A stretch of 61,817 nt of DNA from a virus (lineage: Duplodnaviria > Caudoviricetes). Of this stretch, positions 17,771 through 26,500 are shown in pieces. The stretch spans positions 1 through 61,817 of IMG/VR virus record IMGVR_UViG_3300036906_000071; one strand, written 5' to 3'. Under the pieces are notes generated by a model. The model was not told where the DNA came from. It saw only the letters and a program-made list of their open reading frames with translations, and made no database searches. Made by a program: the position numbers and the translations under genes. Each line of letters opens with the position of its first letter. Position 1 is the first letter of the stretch.

Positions 17771-18089
17771 GGCTCGGCCCCGTCTTCTGCATACGCCGCC
17801 CCAGAATCTCCTCGTCGCGCAGTATCAGATACTCCACCCCGCCCACCACCACCTTCGTTCCGGCAAACTGGCCGAAGAGCACCTGATCTCCCACCGCGCA
17901 CGCCACCGGAATAAATACCCCAAGCTCGTGCCGCCCTGGCCCGGTCGCCATCACCCGGCCCTCCAGCGGACGCTCCTTCTGGTTGTCCGGCACCACAATC
18001 CCACCCGGCCGCGCCTCCTCGCCGGCAGCCTCGTCCTGCCTCACCAGCACACGGTCATGGAACGGCTCAAAGTCTACTGCTTCAGGCAT
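17760..18089 (-). CDS. groS: Co-chaperonin GroES
   Basis: PFHDRVLV, GGIVVPD mobile loop, VGDQVLF and EYLILRDEEILG; AGGAG RBS. Confidence 0.95.
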   Translation of the reverse strand: MPEAVDFEPFHDRVLVRQDEAAGEEARPGGIVVPDNQKERPLEGRVMATGPGRHELGVFIPVACAVGDQVLFGQFAGTKVVVGGVEYLILRDEEILGRRMQKTGPSHDD

Positions 18090-18366
18090 GGTTCTCCTCT
18101 CCCGGCATCGATCCGGCCTCTGGTTGTAGCCTCGCTGGGTTCGCTGGCGGCGCAAGGGTCGCGCGCAGTTGCACCCGCGCCTCATAGCAGATTTGGATTC
18201 GCATTCGCAGCCGCTTGGAGGCGGCCGGCGGCATTGCAACCGCGGCAATCCGCTCCTCGCACTCCTCGCCATACTTCCACAAGGCGCGCAGAATGGCGTC
18301 GAAGTTATCGCCTGGAACTGTTGGGGGGGGCTGCAATACGGGTAGGCTGGACATCATCATCACCAT
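18082..18366 (-). CDS. Hypothetical protein, first gene of the leftward early operon
   Basis: Start must lie downstream of the promoter at 18391-18419. Confidence 0.55.
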   Translation of the reverse strand: MVMMMSSLPVLQPPPTVPGDNFDAILRALWKYGEECEERIAAVAMPPAASKRLRMRIQICYEARVQLRATLAPPANPARLQPEAGSMPGEENHA

Positions 18367-18390
18367 CGGCTTCGGTCTGCTGCCACGGTC

Positions 18391-18419
18391 AAGATACTTC
18401 GCGGAAGCAGGCATGTCAA
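18391..18419 (-). promoter_or_regulatory. Strong sigma70-type leftward promoter
   Basis: TTGACA-N17-TATCTT. Confidence 0.75.
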
Positions 18420-18563
18420 GCAGTATATCGGCGCGCCTGTGCAAAAGTTTAGCCGCCGCACCGAAACCGGCAACACCGTCCCCTCTGCGCGCTCTATCAT
18501 CTTTTTATGCTTTTTTGCAATAATAGTTGTTTACAAGCGTAAATCCGTGCTATTCTGTGTGGC

Positions 18564-18755
18564 ATGAAACGCAAGATTGCGGCAGCGCAGCAGACCAAGT
18601 CCGCGCCCTCGCGCATCACTGTCACTCTCGCGCCGCATATCGCCGAGGCCCTCGCCAAGGCCGCCGCCCACCGCGGCATCCGGCCCACCACCTGCATCCA
18701 GATTATCGTCGGCGACTTTCTCGCCCAGGACAAGACCAAGGCCATCGCCCCATGA
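18564..18755 (+). CDS. Ribbon-helix-helix-like regulator, probably leaderless
   Basis: RITVTL strand plus two helices; extended -10 TGCTATTCT ends 7 nt before the ATG; divergent from the early operon. Confidence 0.65.
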   Translation: MKRKIAAAQQTKSAPSRITVTLAPHIAEALAKAAAHRGIRPTTCIQIIVGDFLAQDKTKAIAP

Positions 18756-19066
18756 GCACCGTTCCCTCCGACAGCCCGCTCGCCTTCAACCCTGCGCCCC
18801 GCCAGACGCGCCCCGGCCTCCTCGGCCGCCGCCTTCGCCTCACCTGCGAGTTTGGCCACATCGTCCCCCGGCAGGAGCGGATCGCCCTGGACGCTGCCTG
18901 GCAATGCCGCTACCCCTCCCACCTCTTGCAGCCCTGCGGCAGCCGCCGCCGCCAGTGGGCCTGGTTCCCCGCCCCACTCTACCGCGTGGCCTGGCAGTGG
19001 GCCACCTGGGCCCTCCGCCGCCTCTTCCAACTCGTGTTGCCCGGAGGACGCCATGCCCAACCCTGA
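18752..19066 (+). CDS. Hypothetical protein
   Basis: ATGA overlap; Cys/His/Trp-rich. Confidence 0.55.
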   Translation: MSTVPSDSPLAFNPAPRQTRPGLLGRRLRLTCEFGHIVPRQERIALDAAWQCRYPSHLLQPCGSRRRQWAWFPAPLYRVAWQWATWALRRLFQLVLPGGRHAQP

Positions 19067-19565
19067 GACCGAGTTGCAACCCTTTCGCTTCGACCTGGCC
19101 CTGCTCATCGCCAAGGCTGCCCACCACGGCCAGCTCGACCTCGCCGGCAAACCCTACCTCTGGCACGTCCTCCGCGTCGGTGTCTCCCTGCTGCCCGACA
19201 TGGACGCCGCCATCGCCGGCCTGCTCCACGATGTGCTCGAAGATGGTCCCGTGTCTGGCGACTTCATCCTCTACAGAACTTTTCCAGGTCCAATCCTCTA
19301 CGCCGTCCACGCCCTCACCCGGTGCAAGCAGGCCGAGAGCTACACCGAATACATCCGCCGCGTCGCCGCCGACCCGCTCGCCGCCAAAGTCAAGCTCGCC
19401 GACCTCGCCGACAACCTCCGGCCCGACCGCCTCGCCGCCGTCCGCGCCGCCAAAGGGATGGAGAAGGAGGCTGAACTGCTGCAGCGTTACACCGCCGCGC
19501 GAGACTACCTGCTGGGCAACGTGTTCGTTGCGGGGTACATGGCGCGAGACATCTTTAAGGGTTGA
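19053..19565 (+). CDS. HD-domain protein, small alarmone hydrolase/MESH1-like
   Basis: AHHGQ..GKPYLWH..LLHDVLED..VKLADLADN. Confidence 0.85.
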   Translation: MPNPETELQPFRFDLALLIAKAAHHGQLDLAGKPYLWHVLRVGVSLLPDMDAAIAGLLHDVLEDGPVSGDFILYRTFPGPILYAVHALTRCKQAESYTEYIRRVAADPLAAKVKLADLADNLRPDRLAAVRAAKGMEKEAELLQRYTAARDYLLGNVFVAGYMARDIFKG

Positions 19566-19580
19566 TCCACTGGAGGCAGC

Positions 19581-19934
19581 ATGAAACGAATCGCAATCAT
19601 CGCACTGTTCTTGGCTGTGCCGCTCATCGCGCAGACCTCCAAGCCAGTTCCGGCATCTCAGACGACATTCATATCCGATTGCTCGACGCATCCCGAAGCC
19701 TGTATCTCCACGACTCCATCATTCGTTATGAATCCAGTTGACGAGCATGGGTGCAGCCAGTTCAACGGGTACCAGTGGGATGAGTCTGTGAAGGGATGCG
19801 CTATCACGGTAACATTTTCATCGGATGAAACAAGTCCGTTGACCTGCAAAATAACGGCACGAGACAGCCATACGCAGACTGTCACATGCTGGTACACGCC
19901 CGCGCCAGCCAAGACGCCCGAACCAGCGAAGTGA
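19581..19934 (+). CDS. Exported Cys-rich protein (moron-like)
   Basis: MKRIAIIALFLAVPLIA|QT; six Cys; lower GC; flanked by a 12-bp direct repeat. Confidence 0.75.
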   Translation: MKRIAIIALFLAVPLIAQTSKPVPASQTTFISDCSTHPEACISTTPSFVMNPVDEHGCSQFNGYQWDESVKGCAITVTFSSDETSPLTCKITARDSHTQTVTCWYTPAPAKTPEPAK

Positions 19935-19968
19935 CGGCCTCTCGTTGACCTGGGAGCAGGGTTGATCC

Positions 19969-20172
19969 ATGAAAATCTGCTACGATTGCGGCTGTCAGAT
20001 CCACCGCCGGGAGAAGTGGAAGATCACCGGCTGCCTCGTCCGCCACATCAACTGCAAGAACCCCCGGCTCCAGCAGCGAAGCCTGCTCCTTTCTCAGCCC
20101 TCCCAAGGCCCCGCCGCCCCGCTAGACTCCCAGCCCCCCATGCTCGACACGGTAAAACCGGAGAGTGAATAA
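19969..20172 (+). CDS. Small zinc-binding protein
   Basis: CxxC...HxxC motif. Confidence 0.6.
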   Translation: MKICYDCGCQIHRREKWKITGCLVRHINCKNPRLQQRSLLLSQPSQGPAAPLDSQPPMLDTVKPESE

Positions 20173-20522
20173 TGGATTTAGTAGGGACGTGTCCAAAGGA
20201 CTTTTGGGAAGAGTGGATTGCCGAAGGAGATGCCGCCGGCGAGCTATACACTGGCGAAGAGTGGGGCTGGTACACACGGGACAGAAAGGCTCCATCGGCG
20301 AAACCGGGAGATCGCTTCTATGTTGTGGCTCACGGAAAGTTGCGTGGGTGGGCACCAGTGACGCGAGTGCAGAACAATGGGAATGGCGCGTTTGTGATCT
20401 GCCGCAGAGGGGGTGCAGTCGCCTGCACCGTTCCATTCGCCATTCCCGGATTTCGCGGTTTACGCAAACGATGGTGGGACTGGACGATCGAAGCGCCGTT
20501 TGTAGATTGGCGTATCCCGTAG
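20172..20522 (+). CDS. Hypothetical protein, possibly PUA/EVE-like
   Basis: W..EGD..PGDRFYVV..GFRG pattern; TAATG overlap. Confidence 0.6.
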   Translation: MDLVGTCPKDFWEEWIAEGDAAGELYTGEEWGWYTRDRKAPSAKPGDRFYVVAHGKLRGWAPVTRVQNNGNGAFVICRRGGAVACTVPFAIPGFRGLRKRWWDWTIEAPFVDWRIP

Positions 20523-20523
20523 C

Positions 20524-22167
20524 CTACCGCTGCACCGGCGTCTCCAGCATCGATCGCCGCGTCAGCGGAATCCCTCGCGCCGCCATCCGCTCCGCCTCGT
20601 CCAGCTCCAGCCGCTTCCGCCAGCGGTAGTGCGCCAGCGATGTCTCGTCCAGCCCCCGCTGCCGCATCTCCTCCAACTCCTTGTCCAGCGCCACCTCCCC
20701 AGGGGCGTTGCTCGTGTCGTAGTAGGTGTTGTACCCGTACCGCGTCTCGTCCGTGATGTCGTCCAGCGGGTCGCCATGCACCTTCTTGATCGCCCGCCGC
20801 TCGTCGATCACCCGCGAGCTCAGCGCCTTGTAGGTGTACGGAACGCCGCTCGTCAGCACCAGCTCCTGGCTGGCCAGCCCGTTGTACAGGTGCTGCGCGC
20901 TGGCCTGGCTGTCCTTCGCCTCCGCCCCGCTCTTGATGCACGGTATCCCATACTCGTTGAAGACCTCCGCCATGATCTCGAAGTTGCTGCGCCCCGTTCC
21001 CGAGTGCTGGTCGTTGGCCGAATCGATTACCGCAAAGTTGATCCGCGGCCCCTCCGGGTCGCGGCCCTTCAGCTTGGCCAGCCACGCCTCCTGCATCGGC
21101 TGCGGCAGCCCCGGTTCCCCGTCCCCGATCGCGGCAAACCCGTCCTTGCAGATGCGCAGCGCAAACTCCTTCGACGACATCTTCTTCTCGATCCGCTCGC
21201 GCGTCTTGAACGTCCGCCCCAGCGGGCTGACCGCGTACATCCCCGCCGCCGCCGAGCTGTTGCCAAACCCAAAGTCGATGCTGATAAAGTGGTTCCACCA
21301 CCACTCCTCCGTCACCGTCTGGATCTTCACCACCATCCCCGGCTGCATGAAGTCGTAGTAGATTCCCTCCGCATTGCACCAGCAGCCGTCCAGCAGTTGC
21401 TTGCGCAGCACCGCCGTCTGGCTCATCAGCCCCTTGATCTTCGACTCGTAGTAGCTGGGATTGTCGTGGATAAACGCCGGTATGAACGCCGTGGTAAAGC
21501 CCACCGGCTCGCCCGTGGTCCAGCGCGCCCCGCGGTATACCTTCCCCGGCACCACGCTGGTCTCCCTCGGCCGGCTGTCGTCGGGCGGCGCCGGGAAGTG
21601 GATTGGGCACCGCCCGCGCAGGAACACCTGCATCTGCCAGCCATAGCCCTCGCCGCCGGGATTGCAGGTAAACCGGCCACGCACCCGCAGCCCGCTCTCC
21701 GCCGGCGCCACCAGCCAGGCCACCAGCGCGCGCACCCGGTGCTCCGGGTGCTGCCCGCTCTCGTCAATCCCCAGAAAGCTGAATGGGTTGCCCTGGTAGT
21801 TGTCCAGGTGCGCATCGGTCTTCAGATAGCCGTAGCGGATGGTCCCCCCGGCCGGGAACTGCCACGCATGGTCGGTGCGCATGTGCCGCCCGCCCAGCGG
21901 CCGGTAGATGCGCTGCATGATGTCCTTCAGCTCGGGCATGTCCGTGCGCTGCTTGCGAATCAGCACCCCGGTCAGCCAGGGGTTGCGGTACTCGTCGGCC
22001 GCGTCCGCCACCAGCAGCTGGCTCTTCCCCCCGCCCGACGCCCCGCCATAGTCCAGCAACTCTGCAGCGGAGTTGCGCGCCGCCTGCTGCGCCGTGTTGA
22101 TCGGCCACCACATCGCCTTCGAGTTGGTAGGCCTCGGCTCCAGCGCAGGATAGTTGCACTCAATCAT
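20524..22167 (-). CDS. terL: Terminase large subunit
   Basis: YGGASGGGKS (Walker A), LGIDES (Walker B), TCNPGG, SIDFG and DDITDETRY. Confidence 0.92.
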   Translation of the reverse strand: MIECNYPALEPRPTNSKAMWWPINTAQQAARNSAAELLDYGGASGGGKSQLLVADAADEYRNPWLTGVLIRKQRTDMPELKDIMQRIYRPLGGRHMRTDHAWQFPAGGTIRYGYLKTDAHLDNYQGNPFSFLGIDESGQHPEHRVRALVAWLVAPAESGLRVRGRFTCNPGGEGYGWQMQVFLRGRCPIHFPAPPDDSRPRETSVVPGKVYRGARWTTGEPVGFTTAFIPAFIHDNPSYYESKIKGLMSQTAVLRKQLLDGCWCNAEGIYYDFMQPGMVVKIQTVTEEWWWNHFISIDFGFGNSSAAAGMYAVSPLGRTFKTRERIEKKMSSKEFALRICKDGFAAIGDGEPGLPQPMQEAWLAKLKGRDPEGPRINFAVIDSANDQHSGTGRSNFEIMAEVFNEYGIPCIKSGAEAKDSQASAQHLYNGLASQELVLTSGVPYTYKALSSRVIDERRAIKKVHGDPLDDITDETRYGYNTYYDTSNAPGEVALDKELEEMRQRGLDETSLAHYRWRKRLELDEAERMAARGIPLTRRSMLETPVQR

Positions 22168-22853
22168 CGCCGCGCCGCCGCCGCCGGCACCGGGACCTCA
22201 AGCACCGCCTTGGCTGCGTGCGCGCTCGCCCGCGCATCGTCCGGCGTCTTTGCCGCAACATGGGCCGCCGGCCGCGCCAGAGGCGATGTCTTCGCTGCCG
22301 CCGCTGGCGCAGCCTCATCGGGTAACAAGTCGGCAGGCTCCTGCTGCACCTGGCTCGCCGCCCTCGTGTAGATGGATTGGTAGATGCAGGGTTCGGGAAC
22401 ACCCAATGTTCCGTCTGGTTGCGACATTCGTTCAATCTTCTCCAGCCGCCCATCCCGGATTGTTCCCGTAAACACCGCCGCCAGCTTTAAAAACTGCGCC
22501 TTCATTTGGTGGCCGTTCTTCATCTCCTCCGCGGGCGTCTCGATCAGGCGGATCATCTGCTGGAAAATCTTCTTCTCCGTCAGGTCGATCTGCTCGTCTT
22601 CCTTCGTCTCCCGCCGGTTCAGGTCGGCGGCGTCCAGCTTGGCCTGCTCATACTCCAGCAGATGCCGCCGCCGCGCCAGCTCCTCGCCCACATGCACGCG
22701 CTTCAGCAGCGCCTGCGCCCGCTCCAGTGTGATCTTGGTCTTGCGCGCAGCCTTCGCCAGCTTGTCCTCCGTCCCACCCTCGCGGATGTAGTGGCGCAGC
22801 AGGCGCTGCTCCTCGCTGGTCAGGCATCGGTCTGCTTGGGCGGTGCGGCTCAT
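22164..22853 (-). CDS. terS: Probable terminase small subunit
   Basis: Directly upstream of terL with ATGA overlap; HTH-like N-terminus. Confidence 0.65.
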   Translation of the reverse strand: MSRTAQADRCLTSEEQRLLRHYIREGGTEDKLAKAARKTKITLERAQALLKRVHVGEELARRRHLLEYEQAKLDAADLNRRETKEDEQIDLTEKKIFQQMIRLIETPAEEMKNGHQMKAQFLKLAAVFTGTIRDGRLEKIERMSQPDGTLGVPEPCIYQSIYTRAASQVQQEPADLLPDEAAPAAAAKTSPLARPAAHVAAKTPDDARASAHAAKAVLEVPVPAAAARR

Positions 22854-22911
22854 AGGCGTTCCGGCGATTCACTTTCTGGCCTTGCGGTGCTTCTGCTTCA
22901 TCCTACAACAC

Positions 22912-22938
22912 AGAAAAGCCCCACCCATGGGGTGAGGC
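22912..22938 (-). terminator. Intrinsic terminator
   Basis: GCCTCACCC-CAT-GGGTGGGGC followed by TTTTCT. Confidence 0.6.
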
Positions 22939-23055
22939 CCTCCTGCATCTTCGGGGATCGGGAGAGCGGCTCCCTACGCCCTGGTTGCCATCTCCTGACG
23001 CCGTTCGCCTTCGGAGACAGCCGCGCGCCGGGAAACGGCAAAAACCGGCGCACAC

Positions 23056-23373
23056 TCAAAAATTGAATCCCGTGCGTTCACACCAATCCTCGCCCCTCAT
23101 CTGAGCAACCCGGACTCGCTGATCTCTACTGCCAAAGTAGCGACAATATGTGCTGAATAGCCGCATTTTTATTTCCATCCAGCATAGCTCTACATCAGCG
23201 CGAAGCATCTTGAGCCATAGACCCGCCCACGTCTTCGAAACCACATAGCCACCACCGCAGACTTCCAGCCCCATCGGTTGGATGAAGTAAGCAATCCATC
23301 CTCCACTGTAGAGTTGGTAGGGTTGATAGTAGTGATGGACATAGTGACTGATGGTTCGAAATAGTCTGCTCAT
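23056..23373 (-). CDS. Low-GC hypothetical protein
   Basis: GAGG RBS; 105 aa. Confidence 0.5.
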   Translation of the reverse strand: MSRLFRTISHYVHHYYQPYQLYSGGWIAYFIQPMGLEVCGGGYVVSKTWAGLWLKMLRADVELCWMEIKMRLFSTYCRYFGSRDQRVRVAQMRGEDWCERTGFNF

Positions 23374-23439
23374 CGTCGCCTCAATCTTCGACGGATAGAT
23401 TGATGCTCCAACTCATGGTGTTTATCCTTGTGGTTCGGA

Positions 23440-23516
23440 TGGTTGCGGGGGCCGGATTTGAACCGGCGACCTGTGAGTTATGAGCCCACTGTTCTACCAG
23501 GCTGAACTACCCCGCT
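23440..23516 (-). tRNA. tRNA-Met(CAT), initiator-like variant
   Basis: Full cloverleaf with encoded CCA, unpaired 1:72 and T-loop TTCAAAT. Confidence 0.92.
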
Positions 23517-23533
23517 CAGCGCAGTATACTCAG

Positions 23534-26500
23534 CTACGGGTTGCTGTCAACCTTCATTACATCGTTCAGCTCCGCCTCGAACGGCTCCATGCTTGCCGGG
23601 TCCTTCACATAGGCTTCGTTGGCCTTTTTCCCGATCACCCCCTGCAGCGCCGCGCGCTCCTCCGGGGTCGCCTTCTTCCAGATTTGCAGGTTCTGCTGCA
23701 GGCTCAGGCGCTTTGCCATCCGCTCCAGCGGCGGCTCAAAGGCCTCCTCCTGCGCCGTCTGGAACTCCCGCTCCGTAATCTTTCCGTCCACCAGGGCCTC
23801 GTTCAGCTTCCTGTCGTCCAGGTTGCCCGCCCGCAGCGCCTGCACCAGGTTGCGCTCGCTCTCGCTGTGTTCTGCCTGCTCCCGCGTGCGCGGCGCCTCC
23901 GGGTTCTCCTGCATATAGTGCTCCGCCAGGTTCATCGCACTGCTGTTCTGCACAATCTTCGTTGCCGGCTGGAAGCCCGCATAGCCCAGCAACCCCATCA
24001 GGCCCAAACTCTTCTTGGTTATGTCGCTAAATTCGCCGCCGCCGGCATTCTGCCGCTGCCGCTGCATGCTCTCGATCGAGAATGGCACATACTTGCTGGC
24101 AATATACTTCGCATACTCGCCCGCCTGGCTCGAGCCCAGGTTCCTGCTGAACCATGGATCGTCTTCGTTGCGGATCTGCCTTCCGTAGTAGTCGCTGTTC
24201 ATCATCATCTCCGCGGCCACGTTGATGCCGGGGCTGGCAAAGTTGAAGGCCGTCCGCCAGGGCACTGTGTTCTGCGCAACGTCCTCGCCCACCGCCATCA
24301 GGTTCTTGGTGTAGCCGGGAATGCTCAGCATCGTGCCATCCGGCGTCTCCACCATCGCATAGGCCTTCAGGCCATGCTTCTCCGTGTCTGGAGCATGGCC
24401 GGTCATCAGGTAGGTTGCCGCCGCCGAAAACATCCCAGTAAAGATCGGCGTAGCCAGGGAAAACGCCATCTTGTGCGTTAACTCCGGCCGCCGCCGCGCC
24501 GCCGCCCGCGCAAACGCCCTTGCCGTATCCGTCACCGCCCCGCCATACTCCATGTAGGTCCCGCTCTGCCAGCCCACACTGCGCACCCCCAACTGGGCCA
24601 GGTGCTGCGCCGTCTTGTTCCAGAAGCGGTTGTCGTAGATCATCTGGCCATAGCGGTAGTCCACGCTGTCCGATGCATCCTGCACCCGCCGCCGAATCTC
24701 CGCATCGTCCCAGCCGCGCCGCGTGGCCTCTGCCAGGATGTTTGCGGTCATGTCCTGCAACGTTCCAGCCTTGATCCGGGGAATCATCCCGCGCATCAGC
24801 CAGCTACCCGCCAGGTCGATCGTGGCCGGCACCGCCCCCTTCGCGCCCTTGAACCAGTCGCCCCGGCGGATGTCCTCCGTCACCTGCTTCCACCGTGGGG
24901 CGTCCAGCCGCAACGCCTGCTCCGGCCGCCACCCGCTGCGCGTAATCCAGTTCACCTCCGCCTGGTAGCGTGCCGCCGAGCCGGGATTCAGGTACTCGCC
25001 CATGGGCGCCACCGTCCGCTCCAGCAGGTTGTAGCGCGAGGGCCGCGCGCCAGCCTCGTAGTACTCCCGCAGCACCTTGTTGCCAACGTAGAGATGCCGC
25101 GCCACCGGGCCAACCGTGCTTACGCCCCGCGCAATATGCTTCGCCGCGCTCAGGCCCCGCCCCTGCAATGCCTCTTCCAGCCCCAGCGAGATGTCGCCAA
25201 TCGCCAGGTTGACGGTGCTGGCCGTTGCATGGAAGGCGCTCAGCGCCAGTTGCGTGGCATTCATCGAACGGTTTACATCGAAGGCCGCGTCCAGCATGGC
25301 ATTGCGCCCAATCAGCCCCTGCGACACAAAGTTGTTGAAGCTCTTCGCCGCCGCATCCGGAGCATAGTAGTGGCCATCCAGCACCCGCTCGCCATCGGCA
25401 TTCATGTGCGTCACCGTGGCAAAGCGGTCGTTGATCTGCGTCCAGTCCGCCGGCGCGTCCTTGGGCGATTTGAACATCCGCAGCAACCCCTGCCCCCGCA
25501 TCTGCTGGATCGTGTCCTGCGCGAAGATGTACCGCCGGATGGCCAGGTGCCGCTCCAGAATCGCGTCCACCGGGTTCCAGCTCTTCGGCTCCAGGTGGTA
25601 GTCCAGCGCGGTTTTGAAGTAGCGGATCTCGCGCGGCTGCAAAAACTTCTTGTTCCCGAAGATCGAGCCCTGCTTGCCAAACACCTTCGCATAGCCTGGG
25701 CTGCTTCGGTCCCAGATGTGCGGATAATGGTTTTGCAGGAAGTTCTGGAACTTCTCCGGGTCCAGCTTCTCCAGCGCGTGCCAGTCGTCCAGCCCGATGT
25801 TGTACAGCACCTTCGCCTGCTCGCGGTGCTTTGGGTCGATCTCATCGAACCGGCCATGCTCCCAACTGTCGATCATGTCGGCGGTCTTCGCCTTGGCCAG
25901 CCCCTCGAAGTCCTTGCGCATCTCGCCCAGCGACTGCTTCAACTGGAGCACGCTGCGGTCCATCTGCCCCCGCTTATCGCGCAGCAGCTCCCGCGTGTCG
26001 CTGCCTGCGTTGGGGGCCTCGTCGCGCCAGTCCGTGTAGGCGCCCAGCGCGCGCTTCCACACCGATGGCCCGCCCAGGGGCAGCGGCCGCTGCTCCTCCG
26101 CCGGCTCGGTGCGCTCGGGCCGCGGCATCGGCTCCCACTCGCCCCGGCCCTGCGCCTCCTTCACCCAGTCCGGCTTGTACTCCTTGTCTTCGGACTTCTG
26201 GAACATCGACACACCCTGCTCCCCCACCGCCTTACGCATCTCCGGCGTGATGTCCAGCACGGGTACTTTAGTAGCCGCACGCATCCGAACTTCGTCATTG
26301 GGTGAGTCCTTGTGCTGCGCCGCCTCTTCCGCAGTGTCCCATGGCCCAGCGTAGGATTCGGTCTGACCTGGGCGATAGATGTCGTACCCGCGATCCAGCT
26401 TTGTGCTTGGGGCATCCACAAACGTCTCTCCCACCTTCGCGCCCCACTGCTTGCCAAACTTCCGCGCATAGTCCGGCAGCATCTTGTCGTAGAAGCCCTT

